Part shown: piece by piece, positions 7,987 through 16,899 of the stretch
Layout of the letters: the number at the start of each line of letters is the position of its first letter
Position numbering within the stretch: position 1 is the first letter of the stretch
Origin: Phycisphaerales bacterium
Lineage (GTDB): Bacteria; Planctomycetota; Phycisphaerae; Phycisphaerales; SM1A02
Direction of reading: 5' to 3'
DNA: 60,447 nucleotides
Assembly: GCA_044360755.1 (NCBI GenBank)
Contig: JBIKJV010000379.1
Coordinates: 1-60,447, forward strand
Made by a program: the position numbers and the translations under genes
Notes under the pieces: model-generated
Told to the model about the DNA's origin: nothing
The model's input: only the letters and a program-made list of their open reading frames with translations
Databases searched by the model: none

Positions 7987-8321
7987 GCCTACGCACACGG
8001 TTCTTTAAATGGCTGACGCATGGGCAGTTGCAAGTCAATGAGCCAGTGGAGGCTAAGACGCAAAGCCCTTATGCAATATCAGGGGCAGTACAGCCCGTGG
8101 CGTCATATCAGTTTGGTAATGCAACAGTAGCCGAAGAGCAAGCTAACGTCACGCTGAAGTTCATCAAGGCAATGAACGGCAGAGTTGTGGAGGTAAACTC
8201 GTTTGCCGTAAACAAGCACGGGCACTTTGATCGCACTGTAGAAACATATGTTGTTACCGAAGATCAAAAGATCAGTGAAGTCATTCTACAAATCCTTGCC
8301 ATCAAGGCATTGGAAAAGTAA
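7983..8321 (+). CDS. hypothetical protein
   Basis: 112-aa ORF, ATGA-coupled. C-terminal NGRVVEV...ETYVV...ILQILAIKAL resembles 10082-10399. Confidence 0.55.
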   Translation: MSLRTRFFKWLTHGQLQVNEPVEAKTQSPYAISGAVQPVASYQFGNATVAEEQANVTLKFIKAMNGRVVEVNSFAVNKHGHFDRTVETYVVTEDQKISEVILQILAIKALEK

Positions 8322-8791
8322 TGCGTAAACGCAGTAAGTACCGCCCTCGTGCGGTACTAGCAAACCCCTTGGGCTACGTGCTTGAGAGTATTACTCCTGT
8401 GGCAAAGTATGAGCAGTATCTTGTAGACCTGAAGATCAAGACTCATATGGCAATGACAACTTTGACCAAAGGACTTGCGACACGCGGTGACATCGACACG
8501 TTGATTGCAGCGGTGAACATAGTAGAAGCCCTATACAGATTGGGCTTTGGTAAAGAGTATGCTGACGTTGTAAAGAACGGACTAGATGCGTTGCGTGATG
8601 TAGGTAGACGAGGTGTGGAGAGCGGCAAGTTTATTCTCAAAGCAGACGAGATGAATGCGCTTAACTTAGTTATGGAATTGCACGATGCACAGATGGACAT
8701 CATCACGATCAAGGACATGGACAAAGCCATTGAACTTGTGAAAGAAGAGTTTCGTCTGCGCAAGGCGCGACCGATTGTGGAGACAAAATGA
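8321..8791 (+). CDS. hypothetical protein
   Basis: 156-aa ORF, coupled to its neighbours. Confidence 0.6.
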   Translation: MRKRSKYRPRAVLANPLGYVLESITPVAKYEQYLVDLKIKTHMAMTTLTKGLATRGDIDTLIAAVNIVEALYRLGFGKEYADVVKNGLDALRDVGRRGVESGKFILKADEMNALNLVMELHDAQMDIITIKDMDKAIELVKEEFRLRKARPIVETK

Positions 8792-8880
8792 ACAACCGCG
8801 ACATCTACATTTGGATTGCAATCTGTCTAACCTCTTTTTGGGCTTGTGTTTACATAACCATATCAAGGTGGATGCTATGA
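8788..8880 (+). CDS. micro-ORF, single-TM peptide (30 aa)
   Basis: MNNRDIYIWIAICLTSFWACVYITISRWML. ATGA-coupled at both ends. Confidence 0.3.
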   Translation: MNNRDIYIWIAICLTSFWACVYITISRWML

Positions 8881-9083
8881 AAACGGATGAAGACTATGAG
8901 TTCGAACGCATTGAACGTGAAAACAGAATCAGAAGTAGTGGCATGGAATGTTGCACCTACGACTGTATCCAAGGGCGCGACTGCCCGATCAGGAAACAGA
9001 AGTACAACATGGCCATTTCCGCCGTTCCCAAACCCGAAGGACAAGGGCAACCGACTCCCGAAATTCAACCCCGAAAACTATGA
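8877..9083 (+). CDS. hypothetical Cys-rich protein (68 aa)
   Basis: In-frame ATG of ORF 8775-9083. Contains CCTYDCIQGRDC. Confidence 0.4.
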   Translation: MKTDEDYEFERIERENRIRSSGMECCTYDCIQGRDCPIRKQKYNMAISAVPKPEGQGQPTPEIQPRKL

Positions 9084-9095
9084 GGACGCACCAGT

Positions 9096-9296
9096 ATGAA
9101 CGATGTACTTTACTTTCTTGTTGCACCAATGACCGTTGCAGTACTTATCCTGTTGTACAAGATGTACGAGCGTGAATGGGTAGACCTAACGACAGAAGAA
9201 ATTTTTAAACTGTGGGACAACAACGCAGAAAAGTTTGGCAGTGTAGAGCAGTTTGCTCGAGCTCTTGAACGTGCCATACAGGAGAAGAATTCATGA
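9096..9296 (+). CDS. small membrane-anchored protein
   Basis: N-terminal TM segment FLVAPMTVAVLILLY. ATGA-coupled to the glutaredoxin gene. Confidence 0.5.
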   Translation: MNDVLYFLVAPMTVAVLILLYKMYEREWVDLTTEEIFKLWDNNAEKFGSVEQFARALERAIQEKNS

Positions 9297-9547
9297 AGGT
9301 AACTATCTACACCAAGAGCAACTGCCCCAACTGTGTGGCAGCAAAAAAGTTACTACAGGCTCACAACATGAGCTACGAAGAAGTGGACATGGACAATGAA
9401 GCACGTCGTGCAAACTTCACTCAAGCGTACCCCGACGTACGAGGCATGCCTCAGATATTTTTTGGCGACCAACGCGTTGGCGGATTGCTTGGATTACAAG
9501 CAGCTATAAAGCAACTGGAGGAGCGCAATGCAACTGGTAGATACTGA
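9293..9547 (+). CDS. glutaredoxin/NrdH-like redoxin
   Basis: MKVTIYTKSNCPNCVAAKKLL has a CPxC active site in thioredoxin-fold context. 84 aa. Confidence 0.8.
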   Translation: MKVTIYTKSNCPNCVAAKKLLQAHNMSYEEVDMDNEARRANFTQAYPDVRGMPQIFFGDQRVGGLLGLQAAIKQLEERNATGRY

Positions 9548-9671
9548 AGTAGAACGCAGACGCTGCGCAGCTATTGTTCGACGTGCAATCGTACGCAACA
9601 AAGACAACATCATGCATGTACAAATACTCAAACGAGTACTAGAAAAAATAACCAACCCGAGAACTAAATGA
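9528..9671 (+). CDS. hypothetical micro-ORF (47 aa)
   Basis: Hand-translated MQLVDTEVERRRCAAIVRRAIVRNKDN... Its stop overlaps the next ATG. Confidence 0.3.
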   Translation: MQLVDTEVERRRCAAIVRRAIVRNKDNIMHVQILKRVLEKITNPRTK

Positions 9672-9844
9672 GTTTCGTAAAAACAAGAATCGACATTGGA
9701 AGTAAGCAACCAATTCACCAATTAAAACTGTGCAACAAGTGTGAAGAAATGAAACCGCCCGAAGGCGGAATTCAAATGAGCCCAAGCAAGTGGTACTGTG
9801 CCCCTTGCTGGACAAAGCGTGTAGTTGTTAGAAATCTTAAGTAA
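9668..9844 (+). CDS. zinc-ribbon protein (58 aa)
   Basis: CNKC...CAPC four-Cys pattern. ATGA-coupled upstream. Confidence 0.4.
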   Translation: MSFVKTRIDIGSKQPIHQLKLCNKCEEMKPPEGGIQMSPSKWYCAPCWTKRVVVRNLK

Positions 9845-9860
9845 CCACAAAGGAGCTAGT

Positions 9861-10082
9861 ATGGAAAAAGCAGACGATATGCAGGTAGGCGGCAGTCACT
9901 ACAAAGAGATGCCAGTGCAACCATGGACAGTGATGCAAGCGGTACTCACGCCGGAAGAATGGCGAGGATACCTCAAAGGCAACATCATCAAGTACAGCAT
10001 GCGAGCCGGACGTAAGGAAGGCAGTGACGACGCAGGTAAAGCGATGCATTACAAATACAAGCTCGACGAGGAGCAGCAGTAA
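9861..10082 (+). CDS. DUF3310 (SaV-like) family protein
   Basis: VGGSHYK...QPW...GNIIKYSMRAGRKEG...DAGKAMHY matches the remembered DUF3310 signature. AACCACAAAGGAG leader upstream. Confidence 0.6.
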   Translation: MEKADDMQVGGSHYKEMPVQPWTVMQAVLTPEEWRGYLKGNIIKYSMRAGRKEGSDDAGKAMHYKYKLDEEQQ

Positions 10083-10399
10083 TGGGACTACTAAACGCTA
10101 TTCTCGGACAGAACATGGCGAGCGGTATATTTTCAGCAGCTCAAGCAAACGGAGCAGGAATGCTGGCCAACACAGCACAGATACAAGGTTCATCAGTTCA
10201 CTACCCCGAAAGACCTCGTATGAAAAACAAGACACTCTTCAGTGGGCGTGTTGAAGTTCAGCAAGTCACCAATGGCTACATCGTAAACATCGCAACTCGA
10301 GAGGGCTATGAGTTTGATACGTACATTGCCGCGACTGTCAAAGACGTTAACGACATCATCTCAACTGCTATCGTGGCATTTCGACTGGAAGACGTATGA
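10082..10399 (+). CDS. hypothetical protein
   Basis: 105-aa ORF, TAATG- and ATGA-coupled. Confidence 0.55.
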   Translation: MGLLNAILGQNMASGIFSAAQANGAGMLANTAQIQGSSVHYPERPRMKNKTLFSGRVEVQQVTNGYIVNIATREGYEFDTYIAATVKDVNDIISTAIVAFRLEDV

Positions 10400-12348
10400 A
10401 ACCCATCTACTTGGACTTTGAGACGTACTGGGATGCAACCCACACGCTCTCACGAATGTCTCCTACGGAGTACATACAGCACCCTGACACAGAAATCATT
10501 TCGGTGTCAATCAAGGAAGGCGAAGAGCCGACCTACGTATTGTTCGGTGAGGACAACATACGCAAGCACATGCAGGCAATGGACTGGTCAGATGCTATGG
10601 CTATTGGTCACAACATGTCAGGCTTTGACGCAATGATTCTTGCATGGCGACTTGGCATCAACCCCAAGATGTACGGATGCACTGCGGCTATGGCAAGGTC
10701 ACAGTATTCCAAGACGTCGGTGTTTCATGGAGGCAAGACCTTAACGGGTGTGTCACTCAAGAAGCTCGCCGCTGAGTTTGGAGTTGGTGCGAAGCTAGAC
10801 CTCGAGGCTACCAATACAAAGGGCAAGCACTTAGCTAACTTCAGCGAAGATGAGATCGCTTCCATGGAGGAGTACAACAAGGTAGACACTGATCTATGCG
10901 CTGCATTGTTCAAGAAGCTAGCCAAGGGATTCCCCAAGCAGGAGCTGGTGTTGATAGACATGACTACACGCATGCTTGTCGAGCCGCAGTTCGAGTTGGA
11001 TAAGCCCAAGGTCAAGCTTGCTCTACAACAAGTCAAGATAGATAAGCGTGAGTCGTTGCTTCAGCTAGCCAAAGCGTTGGATATCGGTACGTTCGCAGCT
11101 AGCGCCCTTGAAGGCAATAGCATGGAGGAGACGGTGCGTACTGAGTTGGCATCAGCCGCTAAGTTCGGTGCGTTGCTTGAGAAGTTGGGCATCGAAGTAC
11201 CCATGAAGCAGTCGCCAACCAACCCAGCCAAGATGACACCAGCACTGGCTAAGACAGACGAGGCGTTCATAGCCCTACAAACGCATAAAAACCCCCTTGT
11301 AGCCGCCGCAGCTATGGCGAGACTCGAAGTTAAGTCGACGCTGTTAGAAACGCGCCTAGAGGCTTTTATCAAGGCCGCTAATGTATGTGACGGCAAGATA
11401 CCAGTGCCGCTCAAGTACGCAGGTGCAGACACTACAGGCAGGTGGTCTGGTGAGCAGTACAACATGCAGAACTTACCCCGCATCGGCCCATCGCCTAGAC
11501 CATCAGATGCGTTGCGCATGTCACTCCGGGCCCCCGAGGGCTACAAGGTTATCGTGTCCGATCTCTCGGGTATTGAGTTACGTGTCAACATGTTCTTATG
11601 GAAGGTTCCCTATGCTACAGCACTATTTAAGGCCAGCCCTGATAAAGCAGACTTGTACAAGTACTTTGCTGCGAACAATCTCTACCGAATTGAGGAGAGT
11701 CAAGTCACCAAAGCCCAACGTCAAGTTGGCAAGGTCGCACATCTCGGGCTGGGGTTCGGCGCAGGCGGCGCTACGTTCCAAAAGGTTGCGAAACTAATGG
11801 GCGGTGTGGACATGGACTTGGAAGAAGCCACGAAGGTGGTGGAAGCCTACCGTTCAGCCCACGAAGAAATCAAAGACGGGTGGAAGACATTCCAGAACTT
11901 TTTACCAAACATCAAGCAAGGCATCGAGACTGCCATCGATCCATGGGGCATGTGCATTACAGAGAAGAACGCAGTGCGTCTGCCATCAGGTCGTCGCATC
12001 CACTACCCTGACCTCAAGCAAGAACGTGATGACAACGGCAAGAACGAATGGTGGTATGGCAACGGTCGCACACGCGCTCGTATCTATGCAGGAAAGGGCG
12101 TAGAGAATTTAGTTCAAGCGCTTGCACGTGACGTCATTGCTGAGCATGCGGTTAAGTTCTTTAAGGCTACCGGTATGCGGCCAGCACTCACTGTGCATGA
12201 CGAGCTTGTGTACATCGTTCCAGAAGATTCCGCAGAGCAACACTTGGATACATTGCAGACCATAATGCGCCAAGGTGTGTCATGGTGGCCCGAGCTAGTG
12301 ACATGGTCTGAAGGTGACATTGCTGACTGTTATGGTGAAGCAAAATAA
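10396..12348 (+). CDS. family A DNA polymerase with 3'-5' exonuclease domain
   Basis: Exo I YLDFETYW. Pol motif A VSDLSGIELRV. Motif B RQVGKVAHLGLGFGAG. Motif C VHDELV. Confidence 0.9.
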   Translation: MKPIYLDFETYWDATHTLSRMSPTEYIQHPDTEIISVSIKEGEEPTYVLFGEDNIRKHMQAMDWSDAMAIGHNMSGFDAMILAWRLGINPKMYGCTAAMARSQYSKTSVFHGGKTLTGVSLKKLAAEFGVGAKLDLEATNTKGKHLANFSEDEIASMEEYNKVDTDLCAALFKKLAKGFPKQELVLIDMTTRMLVEPQFELDKPKVKLALQQVKIDKRESLLQLAKALDIGTFAASALEGNSMEETVRTELASAAKFGALLEKLGIEVPMKQSPTNPAKMTPALAKTDEAFIALQTHKNPLVAAAAMARLEVKSTLLETRLEAFIKAANVCDGKIPVPLKYAGADTTGRWSGEQYNMQNLPRIGPSPRPSDALRMSLRAPEGYKVIVSDLSGIELRVNMFLWKVPYATALFKASPDKADLYKYFAANNLYRIEESQVTKAQRQVGKVAHLGLGFGAGGATFQKVAKLMGGVDMDLEEATKVVEAYRSAHEEIKDGWKTFQNFLPNIKQGIETAIDPWGMCITEKNAVRLPSGRRIHYPDLKQERDDNGKNEWWYGNGRTRARIYAGKGVENLVQALARDVIAEHAVKFFKATGMRPALTVHDELVYIVPEDSAEQHLDTLQTIMRQGVSWWPELVTWSEGDIADCYGEAK

Positions 12349-12446
12349 TGTTGACGAATCGTAGGAACCTGTTAAAGTGGGGTCTTACAACCACGAGCCT
12401 CCAAGTGACGAATGTCGCATTGGGGGCAAAAACCTATGGAGCAGGC

Positions 12447-13100
12447 ATGGCTAACCCAGCATGGACTTACTCGCAGTTAGACACGTTTGAGACGTGTCCG
12501 AAGAAGTTCTATCACCTCAAAGTAATCCGCGATATTGTGGAGCCCCCAACGATTCACACCGAGTGGGGAACCAAGGTGCACACGGCATTCGAGAACTTCA
12601 TCTTGCATGGAGAACTCTTGCCCGACGGCATGACGCAGTGGCAGCCGCTAGCTAACAAACTAGCCGCACTCAAAGGCGAGAAGTTTGCTGAACGTGAGTA
12701 TGCTGTAAACAAGGACTTTACACCTTGTGACTGGAAGAACGCATGGACTCGCGGTATCGCTGACCTTGTTGTTATCTCCGGTAAGAACGCTGCTGTCATG
12801 GATTACAAGACTGGTAAGCGTAAGCCAACAGAACAGTTAGACCTGTATGCGGCGTACGTGTTTCACCATCACCCCGAAGTACAGAAAGTGACGACTGGGT
12901 TTGTGTGGCTCAAAGAAAAGAAGATCGACTGGCAAGTGCGTGAACGCGCAGACCTTGCTGGCATATGGCAGAACCTACTGCCACGAGTGCGCAAACTTGA
13001 ATCGGCTTATGAGCGTGACTCATGGCCGGCTAAGACATCAGGACTGTGCAAAGCATGGTGTCCGGTTACGTCGTGTGACTTCAACGGGAGGAAAGCATGA
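12447..13100 (+). CDS. PD-(D/E)XK (Cas4/RecB-like) nuclease with Cys cluster
   Basis: ATG 12447 has a GGAG SD (alternative start 12348). FETCPKKFY ... DLVVISGKNAAVMDYKTGK ... CKAWCPVTSC. Confidence 0.75.
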   Translation: MANPAWTYSQLDTFETCPKKFYHLKVIRDIVEPPTIHTEWGTKVHTAFENFILHGELLPDGMTQWQPLANKLAALKGEKFAEREYAVNKDFTPCDWKNAWTRGIADLVVISGKNAAVMDYKTGKRKPTEQLDLYAAYVFHHHPEVQKVTTGFVWLKEKKIDWQVRERADLAGIWQNLLPRVRKLESAYERDSWPAKTSGLCKAWCPVTSCDFNGRKA

Positions 13101-13405
13101 CGCCAGAAGGAAAAGTTAAAGAAGCTTGTAAGAAGTTTCTCAAGGAACGAGATGCATTTTTCTTTATGCCCGTGTCCAACGGCATGGGTCAAGTCGGCAT
13201 CCCCGACATCATCATTTGCTACCGTGGAATCTTTGTCGCCATTGAGACAAAAGCTCCCGGAAAACGTGCGAATGTAACTGACAATCAGAAGAGAATCATG
13301 GAGAATATTCGAGACGCCGGAGGGTTTGCGTGGGTTGTCGACGACCCCTCAGACATGGGCGCTTTGTTTACCGCACTCGATGCATACAAAAAACTAAATT
13401 CTTAA
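13097..13405 (+). CDS. VRR-NUC domain nuclease
   Basis: GIPDIIICYRGIFVAIETKAPG contains the PD...ExK core. About 100 aa, typical size. Confidence 0.8.
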   Translation: MTPEGKVKEACKKFLKERDAFFFMPVSNGMGQVGIPDIIICYRGIFVAIETKAPGKRANVTDNQKRIMENIRDAGGFAWVVDDPSDMGALFTALDAYKKLNS

Positions 13406-13421
13406 CCACGGAAATTTAATC

Positions 13422-14351
13422 ATGGCCCACACAACAGATGAAAAAGATTTTGTACCACTAGCGGCGCTGTTTAGAGCTGCAAAGAAAATCGATCATGCTC
13501 CTAATGATCCAAGTTTATACGCCGCAGATGCTATCTTTGTAATGTCTCCAAAAACAGCAGTGGCTGTTGAACAACTTTGTGAAAAACAAGATGGAACACC
13601 AATCACAAGCATTGACGATTTGCACTTACCGTATAACTCTATCATCGTGGAAATGCCGCTAACACCGGAAGTTCAAGCGTACAGAAATAAGATCAGCAAA
13701 AGCTCTACTGCCATACCAGTGCGAAGAGTTGGCGCGCTAATGAGGCAGTCTACAGATGCAGACGCAAAGTACGTTACGTTTTGGCCCTTTTGGGAATTTG
13801 AAAATGGCGCTTTGGGGGCAGGAGCTATCTGTCTAATGCTGGCTGAAGGGGATAACCTTTCATACCCATTTAAACTTATGCCGGGAACTACAAGACTGCA
13901 TCAAGCCGTCATCCCCTCGTCGCTTGTAATTCATGCGGCTACGAACCTGAATTTGTCAGAGCAGCAGCAACTAAAGTTTGTAGACTCTCTTGTGTCAAAC
14001 CCCATATACGTGGATGAGTCTATCGAAGAGGTTAGCCCATTGTTGTTTGCGTGGGAGACTTTAATTAACTGCAAGTCAGGGATTACACGTACAAAAGTTA
14101 CACCTAAGCCAACAAATCGTTTGCTGGGCCGCCGTAAGAAAATTATGGCAAATACGGAATACACTGTGATCTCTCTGACCGCAGTAGAAACCGTGTCAAA
14201 TGGGCAAAGCGCTCAACGCGCCGATGTGGAAGCCCATCTAGTACGCGGCCACTTCAAGCGCCGCAATAGCGGTGTGTATTGGTGGAACCCCTTTATTAGG
14301 GGGACTGGAGAGTTAAAAGAACGTAAAGCATACATCTTAGAAGGAGCTTAG
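13422..14351 (+). CDS. hypothetical protein (orphan, AT-richer gene)
   Basis: 309-aa ORF with leader TTAACCACGGAAA. C-terminal HLVRGHFKRRNSGVYWWNPFIRG. No recognisable domain. Confidence 0.6.
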   Translation: MAHTTDEKDFVPLAALFRAAKKIDHAPNDPSLYAADAIFVMSPKTAVAVEQLCEKQDGTPITSIDDLHLPYNSIIVEMPLTPEVQAYRNKISKSSTAIPVRRVGALMRQSTDADAKYVTFWPFWEFENGALGAGAICLMLAEGDNLSYPFKLMPGTTRLHQAVIPSSLVIHAATNLNLSEQQQLKFVDSLVSNPIYVDESIEEVSPLLFAWETLINCKSGITRTKVTPKPTNRLLGRRKKIMANTEYTVISLTAVETVSNGQSAQRADVEAHLVRGHFKRRNSGVYWWNPFIRGTGELKERKAYILEGA

Positions 14352-14353
14352 AA

Positions 14354-14620
14354 ATGCCCAAGTCAACCCCTCAAAAACTTGCATACCAAAAAGCCTACAA
14401 CGCACGGCCTGAAGAAGTAGCCAAGCGTGTGAAGAACAACGCTGCACGTCGCGAGGCTATCAAGGATGGCAAGGTGCGTGTCGGTGATGGCAAAGACGTT
14501 GCGCACAAGAAGTCACTAGAGAATGGTGGCGGTAATCACAAGAGCAATACAGCTGTGCAAGATCGAGCAACCAACCGTGGATGGAGGAAAGGCAGTGGCA
14601 GTTATAACCCAGATAAGTGA
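14354..14620 (+). CDS. small basic protein with degenerate HNH-like motif
   Basis: GDGKDVAHKKSLENGGGNHKSNTAVQDRATNRG resembles an HNH bba-Me finger (H...N...N). Confidence 0.45.
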   Translation: MPKSTPQKLAYQKAYNARPEEVAKRVKNNAARREAIKDGKVRVGDGKDVAHKKSLENGGGNHKSNTAVQDRATNRGWRKGSGSYNPDK

Positions 14621-14867
14621 TTACTCCGACATGCGGTACTGCTTCGCATGGAATCTAGTTCACACGCAAGGACTTACATATCAGAAAGCAGGAAAAGTTC
14701 TTGGAGTGTCAACAGCACGCGCACGGCAGCTGGCATTCAAGTATGAAAGAGAGTGTCACCGAACTCAACGCATGTTGGAATTGCAAGAAGAAGCATGGCT
14801 CAGAACATGGGGGAAACACATCAAAAGCGAAGCAATTCACTTAAACGAATCACTTAACAAATGCTAA
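14595..14867 (+). CDS. stand-alone sigma region-4-like HTH protein
   Basis: GTG 14595 is 6 nt after GGAGGA (alternative ATG 14631). GLTYQKAGKVLGVSTARARQLAFKYE resembles ECF sigma region 4. Confidence 0.5.
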   Translation: MAVITQISDYSDMRYCFAWNLVHTQGLTYQKAGKVLGVSTARARQLAFKYERECHRTQRMLELQEEAWLRTWGKHIKSEAIHLNESLNKC

Positions 14868-16429
14868 TTCACAAAGAAAAAAAGGCGGTTGTTCTCCGCT
14901 TAAAAAATCCAAGTCGGGTTACAACAGTAATACCGACAGCTATCGAAGTAGACCACAAAGGACAACGGCTTGTAGCCGTTCCACACCGCCCCGACGAAAC
15001 TCGGGTGTTAAGAAACTTAGGCTTTGAGGTTCCTGACCCCATGCCTATGCACTATGCGTTTCCCAAAGTCAGCGGACGCCACGAGCCGTTTGAAGCTCAA
15101 CGTGAGACTGCGTCGTTTCTGTCTATGCACAGTAGGGCGTTCTGCCTTAACGGTATGGGCACTGGCAAGACCAACAGCGCACTGTGGGCGTATGACTACA
15201 TGCGTCGCACGAAGATCGTAAACAAGGTACTCGTTGTGTGCCCGCTGTCGACGATGGAACGCACATGGGCTGACTCTGTGTTCAACACCTTTCCGCATCT
15301 CGATGCGGTAGTATTACACGGAACACGCGACAAGCGTTTGAAGCTTCTCAAGGAAGACGTACACATCTACATCATCAACATCGACGGCCTTACTACGATC
15401 AAAGACGAACTTGCCAAGCGACCAGACATTGATCTGATCGTCGTGGACGAGCTAGCCCTTGCGCGGAACTCAAGCACCGAGCGATGGAAGACACTGAACA
15501 CAATCTGCAACAAGCAAGGCAGCCGCCGTGTCTGGGGTATGACAGGTTCGCCAACACCCAATGCACCAACAGATGCGTGGGCGCAGTGCAAGCTCATCAC
15601 ACCCGACAACACCAGTGTGCCTAAATACTTTGGTGCGTTTCGTGATCGTGTAATGCGTCAGTTGACACAGTTCAAGTGGGCAGCCCGCCCCGACGCTAAC
15701 GATGTGATCTACCAGATGATGCAGCCGGCTATTCGGTTCTCGCTTGACGATTGCACTGACTTGCCCGAGCAGATGTTCATCACTCGTGAGGCTGAGCTGA
15801 CACTCGAGCAGAAGAAGGCTTACAAGGACATGTTGTCCAAGCTAGCCACTGAGTATGCAGGCGGCCAGATTCTGGCGGTCAACGAAGCGATCAAGGCAAA
15901 CAAGCTAATTCAGATTGCCTGCGGTGTCGCATATGGGACAGGTGGGGAGGAGGTAGTGATCCCATCTAAGCCTAGAATAGATGTCTTGAAGGAAATCATT
16001 GAAGAATCTGAAGGCAAGGTGATTGTGTTCGTGCCATTGACTGGGGCCCTTGAGAGCGTAGCGACAGAGCTACGTAAGGACTGGTCAGTAGAAGTTGTAC
16101 ATGGCGGCACTACTAAGTCACAACGAGATCAGATTTTTTCAGACTTTCAACGAGGGTTTGACCCTAAGATTTTGGTGGCAAATGCAGCTACCATGTCACA
16201 CGGGCTGACGCTAACAGCGGCAACTACCATCGTATGGTATGCACCGGTGCATAGCAATGAGATTTACGAACAGGCTTGCGCTAGGGTTAGACGCCCCGGC
16301 CAAACCAAAACCACTGTGATTGTGCATATCGCAGGCACAGACGTCGAAAGGCGTGTGTACAAGAGGCTACAAGACAAGCAGTCAATGCAAGGTCTGTTGC
16401 TTGACATGATGAAAGAACAACCTGAATAG
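14861..16429 (+). CDS. SNF2-family (SF2) helicase/translocase
   Basis: Motif I GMGTGKT. Motif II VVDELA. Motif VI QACARVRRPGQTK. Confidence 0.85.
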   Translation: MLIHKEKKAVVLRLKNPSRVTTVIPTAIEVDHKGQRLVAVPHRPDETRVLRNLGFEVPDPMPMHYAFPKVSGRHEPFEAQRETASFLSMHSRAFCLNGMGTGKTNSALWAYDYMRRTKIVNKVLVVCPLSTMERTWADSVFNTFPHLDAVVLHGTRDKRLKLLKEDVHIYIINIDGLTTIKDELAKRPDIDLIVVDELALARNSSTERWKTLNTICNKQGSRRVWGMTGSPTPNAPTDAWAQCKLITPDNTSVPKYFGAFRDRVMRQLTQFKWAARPDANDVIYQMMQPAIRFSLDDCTDLPEQMFITREAELTLEQKKAYKDMLSKLATEYAGGQILAVNEAIKANKLIQIACGVAYGTGGEEVVIPSKPRIDVLKEIIEESEGKVIVFVPLTGALESVATELRKDWSVEVVHGGTTKSQRDQIFSDFQRGFDPKILVANAATMSHGLTLTAATTIVWYAPVHSNEIYEQACARVRRPGQTKTTVIVHIAGTDVERRVYKRLQDKQSMQGLLLDMMKEQPE

Positions 16430-16487
16430 GAGGCGCTATCGAATACCGTAACTTAACCCCAATCAACCACAAACAAAAGGATACAAA

Positions 16488-16871
16488 ATGAAACTCTCAG
16501 ACGCAGTGAGCCTGTACATAAAGATGCGGGACAAGAAAGCGCAGATGAAAGCGGAGTTCGATGCCAGTGTCGCACCACTGAACGAGAAGATGGAAAAGCT
16601 AGAAGCCAAACTTCTAGACGTCTTCAACAAGACCGGCATGGACTCCGTCAAGACAGAATTTGGAACGGCGTATACCACGACTCGTGTTACAGCAAGCGTG
16701 GCAGATCGAGATATTTTTATGACTCACGTCAGAGAAAATGACGACTGGGCGCTGCTTGAAGTTCGAGCATCCAAATCTGCGGTAGAACAGTACCGCGAAA
16801 ACAACAACGACTTACCCCCGGGTATATCTATGCGTGAAGAACGTGTAGTAAATGTCCGTCGTTCGTCGTAA
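16488..16871 (+). CDS. hypothetical coiled-coil protein (Mu Gam/Gp157-like architecture, weak)
   Basis: 127-aa ORF with leader TCAACCACAAACAAAAGGA. N-terminal coiled coil. Sits next to the putative SSB. Confidence 0.55.
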   Translation: MKLSDAVSLYIKMRDKKAQMKAEFDASVAPLNEKMEKLEAKLLDVFNKTGMDSVKTEFGTAYTTTRVTASVADRDIFMTHVRENDDWALLEVRASKSAVEQYRENNNDLPPGISMREERVVNVRRSS

Positions 16872-16899
16872 ACTCTTTCCCCCAACCACAGAAAATATC

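Noticed and set aside
12348-12446. The N-terminal extension of the PD-(D/E)XK nuclease reads like a twin-arginine (Tat) signal (TNRRNLLKWGL...VALGA)
   Set aside because: A better start with a GGAG SD exists at 12447, directly before the conserved nuclease N-terminus. The hydrophobic region is weak, and a replication/recombination nuclease is expected to be cytoplasmic. It might be worth one SignalP/TatP run.
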